Shown here: one piece after another, positions 48,553 through 61,200 of the stretch
Position numbering within the stretch: position 1 is the first letter of the stretch
Layout of the letters: each line of letters begins with the position of its first letter
Source: Zancudomyces culisetae HAW-14-8
Lineage: Eukaryota; Fungi; Kickxellomycota
Reading direction: 5' to 3'
DNA: 64,000 nt
Assembly: GCA_052426225.1 (NCBI GenBank)
Contig: JBNJNM010000012.1
Location: 2,418,001-2,482,000 of the forward strand
The notes under the pieces: model-generated
The model's input: only the letters and a program-made list of their open reading frames with translations
Told to the model about the DNA's origin: nothing
The model's database searches: none
Translations under genes and position numbers: made by a program

Positions 48553-48706
48553 TTCATTTTTTTTTCTTTACCATCTTGACTTATTTCACTTTTCAAATTT
48601 ATTTTTAGACTATACTATATATATAATCGTATATATATTCATTTTCTTTTCGAGTTTTTATAAAAATAAAATACATAAAAAAAAGAAAAGAACTAAGCAA
48701 ACCATC

Positions 48707-49798
48707 CTATGATTTTTCGTCTGCTATCTTGTCAAGCGCCTTTTGTGCATTTTCAACCTGTTTTTTCAATGTTTCGATCTCTACTGCTTGTTTCTTTCTT
48801 TTCTCAATTGCTTTCTTCAACTCCTCAATATCTGCTTTTACTTTTTTCATCTCTACCACCATCTTTAGACACTTTGCTTCTTCTTCAGACACTGACAGCC
48901 TTGTTACTGACTTCATGTCCTTGAGTTCTGTCTTTGCTGCAAACACCTCAAGTAGGATTTTCTTTGTTAATAGTAGTACCAATCCCAATACCAATGTAAT
49001 ACCACAGAGGTAAAAGTTTCGTTGGGCATATATCCTTGTGACATTATTTGAAAGCTTAGAAATTATGTTTTCAGACCCAGTGTCTTCGCTTTCCAGTCTC
49101 ATCACTCTGTATATCGAATCTATGTCAAAATATTTCATTATAAACAAAAGTATTTTGACTATCCTAGCAGTTGTAGCAATGTTTTATTATAATTCTTGAG
49201 AGCTGACTTACCAGCAAATAGGATACCCACAAAGCTATTTTGTCCAGATAAAATAAATATCAACAGGTTAAACATATACATACTATCTACACTTTTACAT
49301 TATATTAAACTACTAATAGCTATGAGCACTAGCTATATTACTAGAAAAATTAATTGTGACTTACAGGTAGATAAATCCCAGGAATTTTATTACACTTTTG
49401 ATCTATTAAAATTTAAACACTCGCTTTCAATTATATTCATACAAGATAGTGTTAAGAATTTTAAATGTTGAATGTTGTGATGATTACCCCTTCGCTTTTG
49501 CTTATCGCTTTCAAGACTCCATTTCGCCATCTATCAGGGAACGGAATCTACGTAATTTTCGTTCAATTCAAATTAAAAGCCCCAGCCGATTTTATTTTAT
49601 CTTTTTCAACTTTTCAAACATAGGTATAAAGACTACTTACCATCAATAGGCCAAATATTGCTATCTATATTTATATACTTAAAAGGTTTAGAATGCATTT
49701 CGAATACGGATAAAAATGTATAGTAAGAATGGGACTTTTGTTTTTCCTACCTCCGTCAGCATTAGCGAATAGACCAATGTAAATTGTACTGAAGCCAT
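48707..49798 (-). CDS. BAP29/BAP31 (Yet3-like) ER membrane protein, 6 exons (49798-49751, 49664-49641, 49547-49488, 49402-49365, 49234-49212, 49119-48707; 201 aa)
   Basis: Spliced MASVQFTLVYSLMLTEIAIFGLLMIPFP...FADSI; YAQRNFYLCG motif; coiled-coil tail; all junctions GT-AG and in frame. Confidence 0.85.
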
Positions 49799-50817
49799 TG
49801 TACCTTTCAGATATCTTTTTTAATCTTTGTGTTGTACTTTTTTAAACTGTTCTTGACAAGTGTGGAGGGTGGTTTAATCTCAGAACTCTAGAGGTTATAA
49901 ATGTATTATCTTTCTACTAAGAGAAAATTGAGTTTGGGTTTTTGAATGGGGGGTTTTTATTTTATTTCTTGACTGTAAAATCGAAACTTTCTTTAAATTT
50001 CCGAAAATATTGGCAGAAACTAGAAAATAAATCGGAGAGTCTAATCGAGTCAGCTTATTTCCAAATACACACTATTTCCAATCCAAAATTATCCACCAAT
50101 GGAAATTCTCGACATTTAGTATGGTATTTTCACCCATTTATTTAATTCTTTTCAATTCAATTTTTTTTTGATTAACCAAAAGTAAAATAAATAAACTTGG
50201 AAAGTTGGGCTGTTTGAGAATCAGACTAAATGCTGTCGAGCTCGTTACGTATGTTTTGAAAAGATAGGGATGTTCAATCCAAAATTTGAGACCAAAGCAA
50301 CCATTTAGTGAGCTAAATTAGTTGAATAAATGCGGTTAGCAACTTGGAGTGGACGTATTTCCGATTGATATTCCAAATAACACCATGTTCATTTGCAAGG
50401 AGTTGCGGCGTAAATATGCTGTTCCTCTCAAGATACAAGTCCTAGCTGATACCAATGCCTTCTTTATATTTCGACATTCCGTCATAACAGAAACCATTTT
50501 ATTCACAAACATTTTTGCATCGATGATGATGATGTTCTCTAATCACTAATCTTTCTCGAGAGCACTTTCTAGAAAATTACAAAACAGTCTTATATATATA
50601 AAAAAACCAACTAGAAAAAAATAAAAATAAAAATAGATGTAGCACTAGAATTAGTATTTAACCGTATGGATGAAATACCAAGAGATGTTTCTGTGGTATG
50701 AACGACATAAAAACAGCCCAGTCCCTGCAAGTAACAGCAACAACGTTAACAATGTCAACATCAAGGTTAATACCAATAGCGTTGGCAAGACAACAAAACA
50801 AAACAAAACAATCACTC

Positions 50818-52172
50818 TTAGAGTGTTTTCTTATTCACATTTGTGTACCCAGTACCTACACAGGTCAAATCTACCATTCCTGGATACGCTTTGCTTTGCT
50901 GAACCCTGAATGTAACATTGAAAAAATCTCGCAAATCCCGCAAATACTGCACCGTGAATGGATTCAGTTCTCCAACAATAGTCTTGGAAACATCCTCTGA
51001 ACTTAGTGTCATAAACAGTAACGGAATCCAATGATGGTATGTGTCAAAGTAACCGCCTTTTGACACTTCAGATAAGAGCATATGGGCACATTTCTGGCCG
51101 AGGTCTTCAGGCGTCTCCATGGCTTCCGCGCATAACTCGGCAGAATAATACGCACCTGTATCGCTTTCAGCTACTAGTGAAAGTCCATACCCTGGTGATA
51201 AACCAGATTCTGCCCCCTTGTATACATCTGTGTATAAATATATATCCTGCGAATATTCACCCAAGACTCTTTTTGCTGCATCCACCATTCTATTTGCTGT
51301 TTGTGGTGAAACTCGTGTACTATATGCTATTCCACGAATTCTTTTAATATGGCCGCAGTCTATCAGCTCTGTTGGCTCTATTTTCCGTATTGATGGGCAC
51401 ACAAGTTTTACTTCACCTCCCCCCAAAGGTGGAGCACCTCTCTTTATAACCGACAATTCTAACCCTTCTAAAATCCCAAAATGCTTAAATTGTGGAAGTG
51501 TTACTGTACGAATCGTATCTACAGTTAAATCTACATTGTTGTTTGTGACACCTTTTAAAATAGCTGTTACAGTTTTTTTCGCAAATGGCGCCAGTGCCAA
51601 AATGAACTCCAAATAATATCCTATCCCACGTGATACAGGACAGCTATGCTCTATTCTTCCTCCAATAATAACACCCGGTTTAAATAGAACCGTTGTACCT
51701 ATTACAAGTACGTATATATGTGCATATTTAGTGAATTATTCTGTATCGTCTGAATTTAACTTTGAAGAAAACGCAATCTCATGTTAATAAATCGCACCAA
51801 CTTTGGTTCTGACGTTATTATGTTTATACACACATGTATATATATATATCTCCCGGTTTCATTTTTTAAACGCTGACTTACCAGTATAACTGATATCTAT
51901 CACGGTTCCGTTTGTTAACTTTTCTGCAATTTGAAGTAGTCTTATTTCAAAATCTATAGAGTTGATTCCTTTATTTAGCATCTTGTAAAATCTTATATAT
52001 CATACGTCAACATATATAACAAGAATGAGTGTATACCTTTCAAGCCCGGATTTTCGTCCTCAGAGCGTATTTCGTCTATTCTTACAGGAATTGCACTGAT
52101 CAAAGACATTACTACTCGCTCTCGCAAAAATTCATGCCCTGCAAATCGTCTAATCTCCTTTTCTTTTATCAT
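50818..52172 (-). CDS. RCL1: RNA 3'-terminal phosphate cyclase-like protein Rcl1, 3 exons
   Basis: Spliced N-terminus ...IRSEDENPGLKDFE...TNGTVIDISYTGT..FKPG; RGAPPLGGGEV, IRGIAYSTRVSP, PEDLG. Confidence 0.95.
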
Positions 52173-54591
52173 TATTGCAAACTGATTTTACGCTACTATC
52201 GATGTTTAGAGTTCGCTTTTGGTTAATATTTGAAGCGTTTCATTAATATATGTTTTTGCTTCTTTAGCCTGAACTTGTTGAATCAAATTCCATCAACTAC
52301 AAAAAAAAAATTTTTTTTTTTCAGTTCACTGAAATGCGAATAAATTGGCCAATGAGGCTATGGTTAATTCTCCATAATAATTATATGATGGATTTATATT
52401 TAACATTTAAAAATTAAAGTTGGAAAGTGTGAACGTAAAGGTGGTAGAGGAAGGAAAAGATGTGACAATACTAAAATAGCTCTTTACAGTATACAAAAAG
52501 AAAACAAGAAGTGAGCTATTTTTTGAGGGGAATAGGTGTGGGGATTCAGCTATTCTAATTCTGTACTGGTGGGTACCAAATAGCTGATCTTGTCCAGCAA
52601 CATATCTGCCGTTTTGTAATTTTGATCAGATCGATGACACTTTTGTTTAGTCAATAGTGTCGCAAAAATGGAATAGTAGTAAATGATGAGTGAAAATACG
52701 AATGGTTGGTAGTGTGTATATTCTGCTAAATTAATAACCAAACTATTTAAAATATTTGCACATTTATTTGTTTTTGTGCGTTCGTAAAATGATTAAACGC
52801 TGCAACAATAGAGAGGAGGGAGGTCATGTTTTTTGAAAGAAGAGCAACAGACGGTACGCATTCGATGTGATATACTTGTATCTTAAATGTAGTTTCTTTT
52901 GTCAAAAACCACAATTTGTTGAATTACGAAAATTTCCATTCATTTGATTTATCACAAGAAAATCAAATGACATGAACACTCATGGTTTTATTTAAATCAC
53001 GTTTGCTTTACTGCACTACCAAGCCCCCCCCCCCCCCCCATCAAAAAAAAAGTATCAGTAGATAAAAAAGCTGCAAAAGCAAAAATATCATGAGAAAGTC
53101 TAGAGATTTACCAAAGGTCATCATCCCATTCACACTTCAATAAAAAGGGACAGCTTGCTATATCTACATATTGTTTGGTAAATAAGATATTTGGCTATAG
53201 AGTGCATGTGAATCACATTTTAGGTATCACAATAGAATGGCACATCCTCTGACACCTTTGTGGTTTGCTCATATACATTTTTAAAATTTGCAACTATTTC
53301 AGCACTACAACCTCGGTAAATAGTAGGCATTAAAAATTGTGCAATAAAAAGGGTATACATTCTCAGGTTGCACTGTAAGGAAATTTAAAGACGAGACTAG
53401 TTTACCAAAGACCGATACACAAATCACCAGCGTATAGTCCCACAGCCTGTAGTATGCATTTCATGGGTCAAAAACCTGCTGCTTGTTCTTTTAGAGGGCG
53501 GGCGGGATGCTATTTCTTTTTGCAAGCTAACAAGCACAATCAGGTAAATTCGGGTGGCGACCCCCATGATTGTGATTTCTCAAAATGCTGTAAATGGGGA
53601 GGTGTTTATTTATCGTCATTTTTAAGAGCACGTATGGTTTTATTTGCGGAATTGATTAATATGTTTGTGGTAAGAATGCTTCGATAATAATGATATCTTG
53701 TGTTACGGCTCGAAAAGGTATGTATATCTATTTTTAGACCATTATCCGGCTAAACAAAATGCCAATTAAAATTGCATCTTTTTTCCTTTTTGCGGATACA
53801 AAATTCCATAGGTCATTAAAATGTGCTAAATTAAACCACAACTCTACTCAGAGCCATTAGCTACATGTCCCTGGCAAGACGTAAATAAAACATCATTACA
53901 AGATACAGGCATTTCCCAGCCCCGGTCCCAATCTTTCAAAAAAGAAAAAGCGAGTGAACCGATGAAGATCTTAAGGTTTAATACCAATTACACAATAGGA
54001 TTCGGTTTTTAGGTATTTATCCACTCCAAACCACCCAAATGATTTATATAGGTGAACAGTAACACACCCATTTGGCATTCACAAGTATGCTTGTCATGCA
54101 TTATTGTATATCTCGGTTGGACTTATTTATGACTTGAACGGGGAAAAGTGGTTGATACCCAATGAATAAATGTGTGATGTAAATAAACAAAATAAATCTT
54201 TATTAACTATTGGCTGTGAAGGCGTTTTGGTAAGCTGAGAAAACCGAAATTCAGCACTTGTGGAATGTATTCAACATCAAAAGCTTAAACAAATTATTAG
54301 TGAAACTAACTTCATGCTTTTCTTTCATAGTTGTCAAAAAGCTCCACTTGCCAAGGGAGAATAAACAACATAAAACCTAGAAACACAGGCAGGTGATTAA
54401 TTTTCGACTTTATTTCTTTTTTTTACTTTTGTTCCTTGAAATATATTTGGTTGAGGTTTAAGCAGTTTATTAAAGACGAGTTTATAACCTTTTATTCACT
54501 CGTTTTTTTTGCCAGTCTAACGATAAAGCTATAAAAAGTAAAACATAGTATAGAAATTCGCACATAAGCTACTAGTAAATAGGTTTCAAAA

Positions 54592-55628
54592 ATGAATGAT
54601 TTTAAAAAGTACCAATCAAGCAAAGGAAGAGGCATGAGAGAGGAAACACCCTCCAAGCCAACATTTGCCGACGCTAACGAATCTGATGAGGAGGTAGATG
54701 CAATCAAAACCAGAATATATGAAACCAAACAGGACAGTTTGAGATCAACCAGAAATGCACTCAGACAGGTTAGAGAAACGGAGGGTACGGCCGCAAAGAC
54801 CATGGTAAAGTTGGGGGAGCAGTCAGGTCAGTAGAGTTTCCACTACCTTTATTGTATTTCCGTCATATCGGTTTATTTATATTTTGCAAGGGTCCAAACG
54901 GCTCTTCTAGTTTTCTTTAGCTGGCTTGCAGAATTACTTTATTCAAGCTATTCTTGAGAGAGTTTGCCGCACTAAACTTCACTACATTAAACCATCATTG
55001 CTTTAATATTTTACTCTTACCTTTATCATTCGATGATATATTATCCTTGTATTTTAGAACATAAAGTAACACCATAAATATTATTTTATATAAAATAGCT
55101 CAACTTAATAAGATTGACAAAACAGTTGAACTCACAAACGTACATGCACAGGACTCGATCGAAAAGACTAACAAGCTGAAGACCCTTAACAAGTCTATTT
55201 TTGCAATCAGCATAGGTAACCCATTCTCTAACAAGAAAAAGCGCCAAGAAGAGCTCGAAAAAGCTAAGCTTGCTCATGAAAAGAGTGTAGAAGAAAATGA
55301 GAGAATAAGAAAACAGAATTACGACTCCAAGAAACGAGTTGAAGGTGTCACAAAGGAGGCAGGAAGATTTGCCTCTGGAAACTCCAAACTTTCTGCTGAG
55401 GATAGGGCAAGATACACCTTCGAAGATGAAGATCCTGATATGGAGGACGAAATAAACGAAAATCTTAACGAGATCGGTGATGCTGTCGGTGGCTTGAAGC
55501 GGATGGCTCTTGGAATGGGCGAAGAGCTAGAAGCACAAAACAAAACTCTTGACCGTGTTCAGAAGCGTACAGATGATACTTCTGCCAAGATTGCTGTTTC
55601 ACAACACGTGCTCCGAAAGATCAAATAA
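54592..55628 (+). CDS. SEC9: Qbc-SNARE Sec9/SNAP-25, 2 exons (54592-54826, 55099-55628)
   Basis: Two SNARE motifs (KQDSLRSTRNAL...LGEQSAQL; EDEINENL...LKRMALGMGEELEAQN), LNKSIFAI. Confidence 0.92.
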
Positions 55629-57092
55629 GCCTATGCGCTTGTTTTATCCTCCAAATGGCTTTAACAAGTGTAGATTGGTGTTTTGTAATTTATTTTTCGT
55701 AATCTTTTTTTTTCTCAAGATTTGCAACACCATTCAGCCGCTGTTAACTATTTATTACACCTTTACTATTACTTTTTTTTATTTTTTTTTGTCTTTACAG
55801 AATAATGTTTTATAATTATGTTATAGTTGAGAAAAAAGCGTAAGGAAATGGTGCTAGATTAAATAACAAGGAACACTGCAGCAACCGAGTATTGTGAACT
55901 TCATGTTCTTCTTCTATTTCTCTTTACCATCGTTTTTTGTGGATTTGGTACGCTATTGATGTTTTATGTGAAGTGTGAAATGTTAGAAGTGAAACACAGG
56001 ACCCATGGACATTATGAGTTTGAAAAGCACAAAAGTTGTATGTATCACAAATTGTACTTTCACCATGATGTGTACATATGTATGAATTAGTACTTTCTGT
56101 TAGCAACCCTAAAATTCAATCCTGTATGACGATGGTTCACTAGCTAAATGGGGGCGGGTTTACAAGGGGGGAGTTCGTTTGGTGTTGACTGTATTGGTAA
56201 TTCCACAACTGCTATTGGACATTATTTTAGACATGTGAAGCATAAAAACACAAAAATAGGAATGATCGAGAAAGGTTTGTTTTGTTGTTTTTTTTTGGGG
56301 GGGGGGTGTTACCTTATATTTACCCGTATTATTTTCCAACCCTTTTAAAAGTAAACCAACCGTCTAGTATGGTAAAAGCACAGAAAGCGAAAAAATTCAC
56401 CCACGCACACGTTTCCCGCCCCCAAATTTCCTCTCTAGCTTCGATCCAGCTAATTAAACATGGTACTTAATGTTCTATTATTTATCAGTTTTATCACTAA
56501 ACCGAGGGGAATTTGCTCATTTGCGCACCTATAGTTAAATCTTAATAAACACCAAGAAAAAAAAGATATTTTTGTTGGCCGAATGCTGGCATAAAGAAAA
56601 GACCGGGAATTTGATTTATAAAATGACAGTATTTTTGACCTGTATTCAACATTTCGTATGCCAATTTAAAGCACTCAAGAAACCCCCCCAAAAAAGTATT
56701 CCAGTATATCAATATTTTGGCCTAAGCGGATTATTAGCTTACAAACCAAGTTTTGTTTGTGTTAAAATAAAGAAAAGATGAACGAACTCTTTCTTTTTTA
56801 AATCTTGAAACAACCTTAAATATACAACACCCGAAGCAAACTACAATGTCTCACTAAGTATACAGTGTATTGCAAATATTAGAATTTTAATATCTAGAGT
56901 TCAAAGAGTTTATTACACTTTAGTAGTCTGTTACCTAACAAAAATACTGATTGTGATAGTTGTGGGGTGGGTTGTCCGATATAATCAATACAAGATTTTC
57001 ACTTTTCTCGATATATATATATATATATTACTAATTATACCTTTAAATTATTGAAAAACACACTTCGCTAGCTACAATAGTCGTAAAATAAG

Positions 57093-58103
57093 ATGGATCT
57101 GAAGAGCCTTATTTCTTTGCTGCTCTTTCAACTTTTTGTGGTAAATGGGGATCAGCAAGTAAAAAGAGATAACTCCAGTGAATCAATCAGTAAATTCGAC
57201 TTGACGTCCAACCAGCGGGTTGTTAATGGAGTGCCAGCCCTTATAAACGAGTTTCCCTACGCCGTTTTCATATATATCGACTTGGGAAGTTCAGGCGAGG
57301 TTTGTACAGGATCATTAATCTCTGACTCTGTGGTTGTTACCGCAGCACACTGTCTATTAAAAGACTTGAAAGAGCCTTATTCACCATCAAAATTTCTTGT
57401 CAGCGCGGGAAGTATAAAAAGCATTGATACGAATACAAACAGATTCAAAGTAAAAGCAACATATTCTCACCCAAAGTTTAATAAAAATTCTCTAGCGAAT
57501 GACATTGGTTTACTTGTACTTTCATCACCCGTTCCCAGCAGTATTGCGACTCCAGTTTCAATTTATGACGACGTTGTGGGGGATGGGATGAACGTTACTG
57601 CTGCGGGTTGGGGAGTTACTTCAAACAACGCCAATGCCAGCGCATCCAAGGTTTTAAATAAGGTTCCCCTCATTGTTTCCTCTTCTAGTACGTGTAAGAC
57701 GCTTAACCCATTTTGGAAAAATAATAACGACTACAGTATATGTACAGTAAATGTTAAAAACCAGGATACGTGTTACGGAGATTCAGGTGGGCCACTGACA
57801 TACATAGAAGACGGTGCTCATTTACTAGTTGGTCTGACAAGTATGGGGAATGCACCTGGAGATGATACAACATCCTCGTTATGTGGAGTGAATGGCGGCG
57901 CAGCTTATTACACACACGTGTTTTATTTTATTGACTGGATATCCCAGACAACAGGGATCAAAAAGGAGGATCTTTTGGATAAAACATCACGATCTAACCT
58001 TCAACCGCAGACTTCTGCTGCGACTCGGAAAGGATCACAAGTTTTCTTGCCTATTTCGTTCTCTTTATTATTCATTGCTTTTACTTTACTGCTATTTATG
58101 TAG
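57093..58103 (+). CDS. Secreted trypsin-like S1 serine protease with C-terminal hydrophobic, GPI-like tail
   Basis: Signal peptide, RVVNG, TAAHC, NDIGL, DTCYGDSGGP (Asp189, tryptic pocket). Confidence 0.93.
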   Translation: MDLKSLISLLLFQLFVVNGDQQVKRDNSSESISKFDLTSNQRVVNGVPALINEFPYAVFIYIDLGSSGEVCTGSLISDSVVVTAAHCLLKDLKEPYSPSKFLVSAGSIKSIDTNTNRFKVKATYSHPKFNKNSLANDIGLLVLSSPVPSSIATPVSIYDDVVGDGMNVTAAGWGVTSNNANASASKVLNKVPLIVSSSSTCKTLNPFWKNNNDYSICTVNVKNQDTCYGDSGGPLTYIEDGAHLLVGLTSMGNAPGDDTTSSLCGVNGGAAYYTHVFYFIDWISQTTGIKKEDLLDKTSRSNLQPQTSAATRKGSQVFLPISFSLLFIAFTLLLFM

Positions 58104-58205
58104 GTATTAAGAGGATGTAGCTAATTGACAGAAAAATAGAACAAGTTACTTTTTTATAGACTTTTCTTTATTATATTATATATTAGTAAACAAATAAATA
58201 TGAAA

Positions 58206-61200
58206 CTATTTAGCCACTGAAAGAGCTACAACTTGCATACAGTCAAAGACAATGTTCAGCTCTATCGTGTTGATTCCAATACGCTCAACCAGTTCTGCCA
58301 ACTTGTTATAAAATTTTACAGAAGCAGCTATATAGGTGTCATCGCTGGCTATGTCCTCAATCTCAATGTCAATTAGAGGCGCTGCAGCTCCTTTACTCCA
58401 AAGTTCCACATTGGAACCGTGTTGATCATTAAAACTTGTTATAGCTTTTATTGTTGCTTCTTTTGCGCACCATAGCATTGTAAAGCCTGATGCGATAGAG
58501 GATTGAGTCTTGCAATACTCTATTTCCTTTTTAGTAAAGTTTCGGGTGATAAAGTTTTCATTTTCCACATTTAGCGAGGATACTGGTTCAATATCAATAC
58601 CAATACCACATATCTGCTTTTTATCAATGTTCTTTATAATTTTATCAAGTGCAAGAACTGTATTATTTATAATCAAGTCATTGATAGATCCAGACTCGGG
58701 TTCGGTTATCTGGTCAAATCTGTTGAACGAATAAGTCTCAGATACCGGGTCAAACGAAACTCTAGCATTGGGATTCATATATACTAGCTCTTCCATTTCC
58801 TTGGAAAACGGAGGATCGGACTTTATTTTGACATGCTTTTTGAGCCCAGTTAAAGTGTTTTGGTAATATCTGTTAGCTTTGATCTGCCTTTGATTCCGTT
58901 TTTTCAAATATGACGCGTATTCGTGTCTATCTAGTGATGCTAGCAGATAATCTGGATGCACAACAATCATTTCACCGCAATCTTTAGACTTTCCATATGA
59001 TCTTAATATTCCTGCCTTAACCATGGGTCTCTTGTAGGATTCGTATGGGAAAAAAGTAAAGGTGTAGTCTTTATAATCGTTGGAAATGTTGTCAGAAATT
59101 CTATTCCCAGGAATGATCCCAGTGTTAATAGATTGGATAAGCCCAGTCAGCTCGATAACTGAAGATGCGCTTTTTGTGTGTCCAATAAGCCCCTTTTGTG
59201 AAACAACGGGGCAAATATTGCCAGGTGTTCTTCCCAAATAGTTAAACTGAATATCTGCTATTTTTAGCTCCATATGGTCCATACGACTTATTGAACTCGA
59301 ATACATGCTAACAACATCGATATCATTAATATCCAACCCAAAACAAGATAGAGCCCCTCTAATAGGAGAAATGGTTTTATCACTTCTCCAAAACTCATTT
59401 GTCCAGAAGCTTATTGCCTCTTTTCTTAATCTGTTTTCTTGATTTGATATGCTATTGATAACTTCTGTAATCAAATCCAGCTTACTTTGTGAGGTATTGC
59501 TGCTCAAAAATAAATCTCTGTCAGATACGAGACCATTTGATCCAAAATTATCAGTTTGGAAATATTCATCAAATCCCGTAGATGTAATGTAAGAGTACTC
59601 TTCGGTTGCCCATTTTTTGATCTCCAAAAGTCTTTTTTCTAGCTGGTCTTTCCGATAGCTGATATCTAAAATAGGGTTGGGCATATTTGTAATGGGATCA
59701 CATTCACGAGAATTGGATAGTACTCCGTACCCAACATATTCCCTATAGGTAGCATAACTTGATGTGTTGGTCTGGCAAAAGGCAATTATTGCATATATTG
59801 GCACACCCATTTCTAGTGCAGTCCTGGCAGACATTAGAACCATAGTTGATGAGCCGATACTTTCAACAAAACCATCGCTAGTATTTGTAAATGGCCGAAA
59901 ATGATCTTTTACAGTTCTTCCCGCCTTTTGTTCTTTAGATGCCGTCACTAGCTCTTTATTAAGGAAAAGTTCGAGGTTCATTTCCTCGTCTACATCATCT
60001 TGACCCCCAGCAATCATCACCTTTGCCTTGCCCATCTGAATACTCTCAACAGCAATCGAAACAGATGCTAATCCATTGGAATAGGATGTGCTTGGAATTT
60101 TTATAGGCCCGGCGGACGACAATAGCAGCAAGTTTATCCATCCCGACATTGATGAGGGAAATGTCTCTTGTAATATATCCTTTTGTACATCTTCGTCTCT
60201 TAGTCTCCCCAGACATGTTTCTAAAAATGACTCAACACCACCCACAAATGAGCCCACCGAATTTCCAACTTCAGTTAGATGTACGTATTTGTAGAATTCG
60301 TATGGATCCTCAATTCCAGCCCGCATTAACGAATCACATGTGGAAACTAGGGTCAGGAGAGTCAAATAATCTACTTGGTTAATGGTATCTGTGTCTATCC
60401 CATATCTTTTTGCCGACCATCCCTTTGGAAGTAATCCTACAGTGTTAGAGTCGATTTTAGTTGCCTTGGGAAAGTACAGTTTTGCTCCGGGCAAGAACTG
60501 TACAGACCACGTTTCGTCACCATTGCTCCAAATCTTTACCTTATCTTCATTTCGCAGTTTAAAGTGTTCGGCTTCCACCTGTGTCGTAATTATCGGATGC
60601 ATTTTTTCTTGGATTTCGATTTCCTGTATAGTGACTCGTTCATCTGGATTGTATCCACGCATTAACTCTGGGTCAATGTTTCTTATTCTGGAGTTTTGAA
60701 CAATCTTCATCTCATAAATACTCCTAATTCTTTTCTCTTCAATTGGTTGTTTGGTTTCACAGTCTATCCATCCATTATAATAGCGACCATCCTTTTGCTT
60801 TCCGTTGAAATATTCTATATATCCCATGATCCAAGCCAAGACAATGCAGCTTTCTGTAGATAAGTTTTCGTCAACTTCAAAATCCCATCTAGTTTCTGCA
60901 GTACCGTACGGAGTAACTTCACCATATCCAACTAAAACCACTGTTTTGTCCAGATCCAGCATATTCTTCATGTAGTTTAGATTTTCAAGCTCATCATACG
61001 TTTTGGTTTTAGGAAATTCCAGCCAAAGCTTAGACTGTGGGATAGCTTGGGTGGTTTTATATAGACGTTCCACGTTTTCTCCCTCAATCATATTGAAATC
61101 AAATGAGGTTTCCGCAACAATTTTCTTTTGCAACGAGCTCTGAAACATTAAGTTGTTTCTAATCTTAACGCATCTATCATTAAAGTCCATCATAATCCCG

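Noticed and set aside
51804-51815. 11-nt match to LSU rRNA (GGTTCTGACGT) in RCL1 intron 2
   Set aside because: Not followed by a D/D' box and no C box or terminal stem; likely chance.
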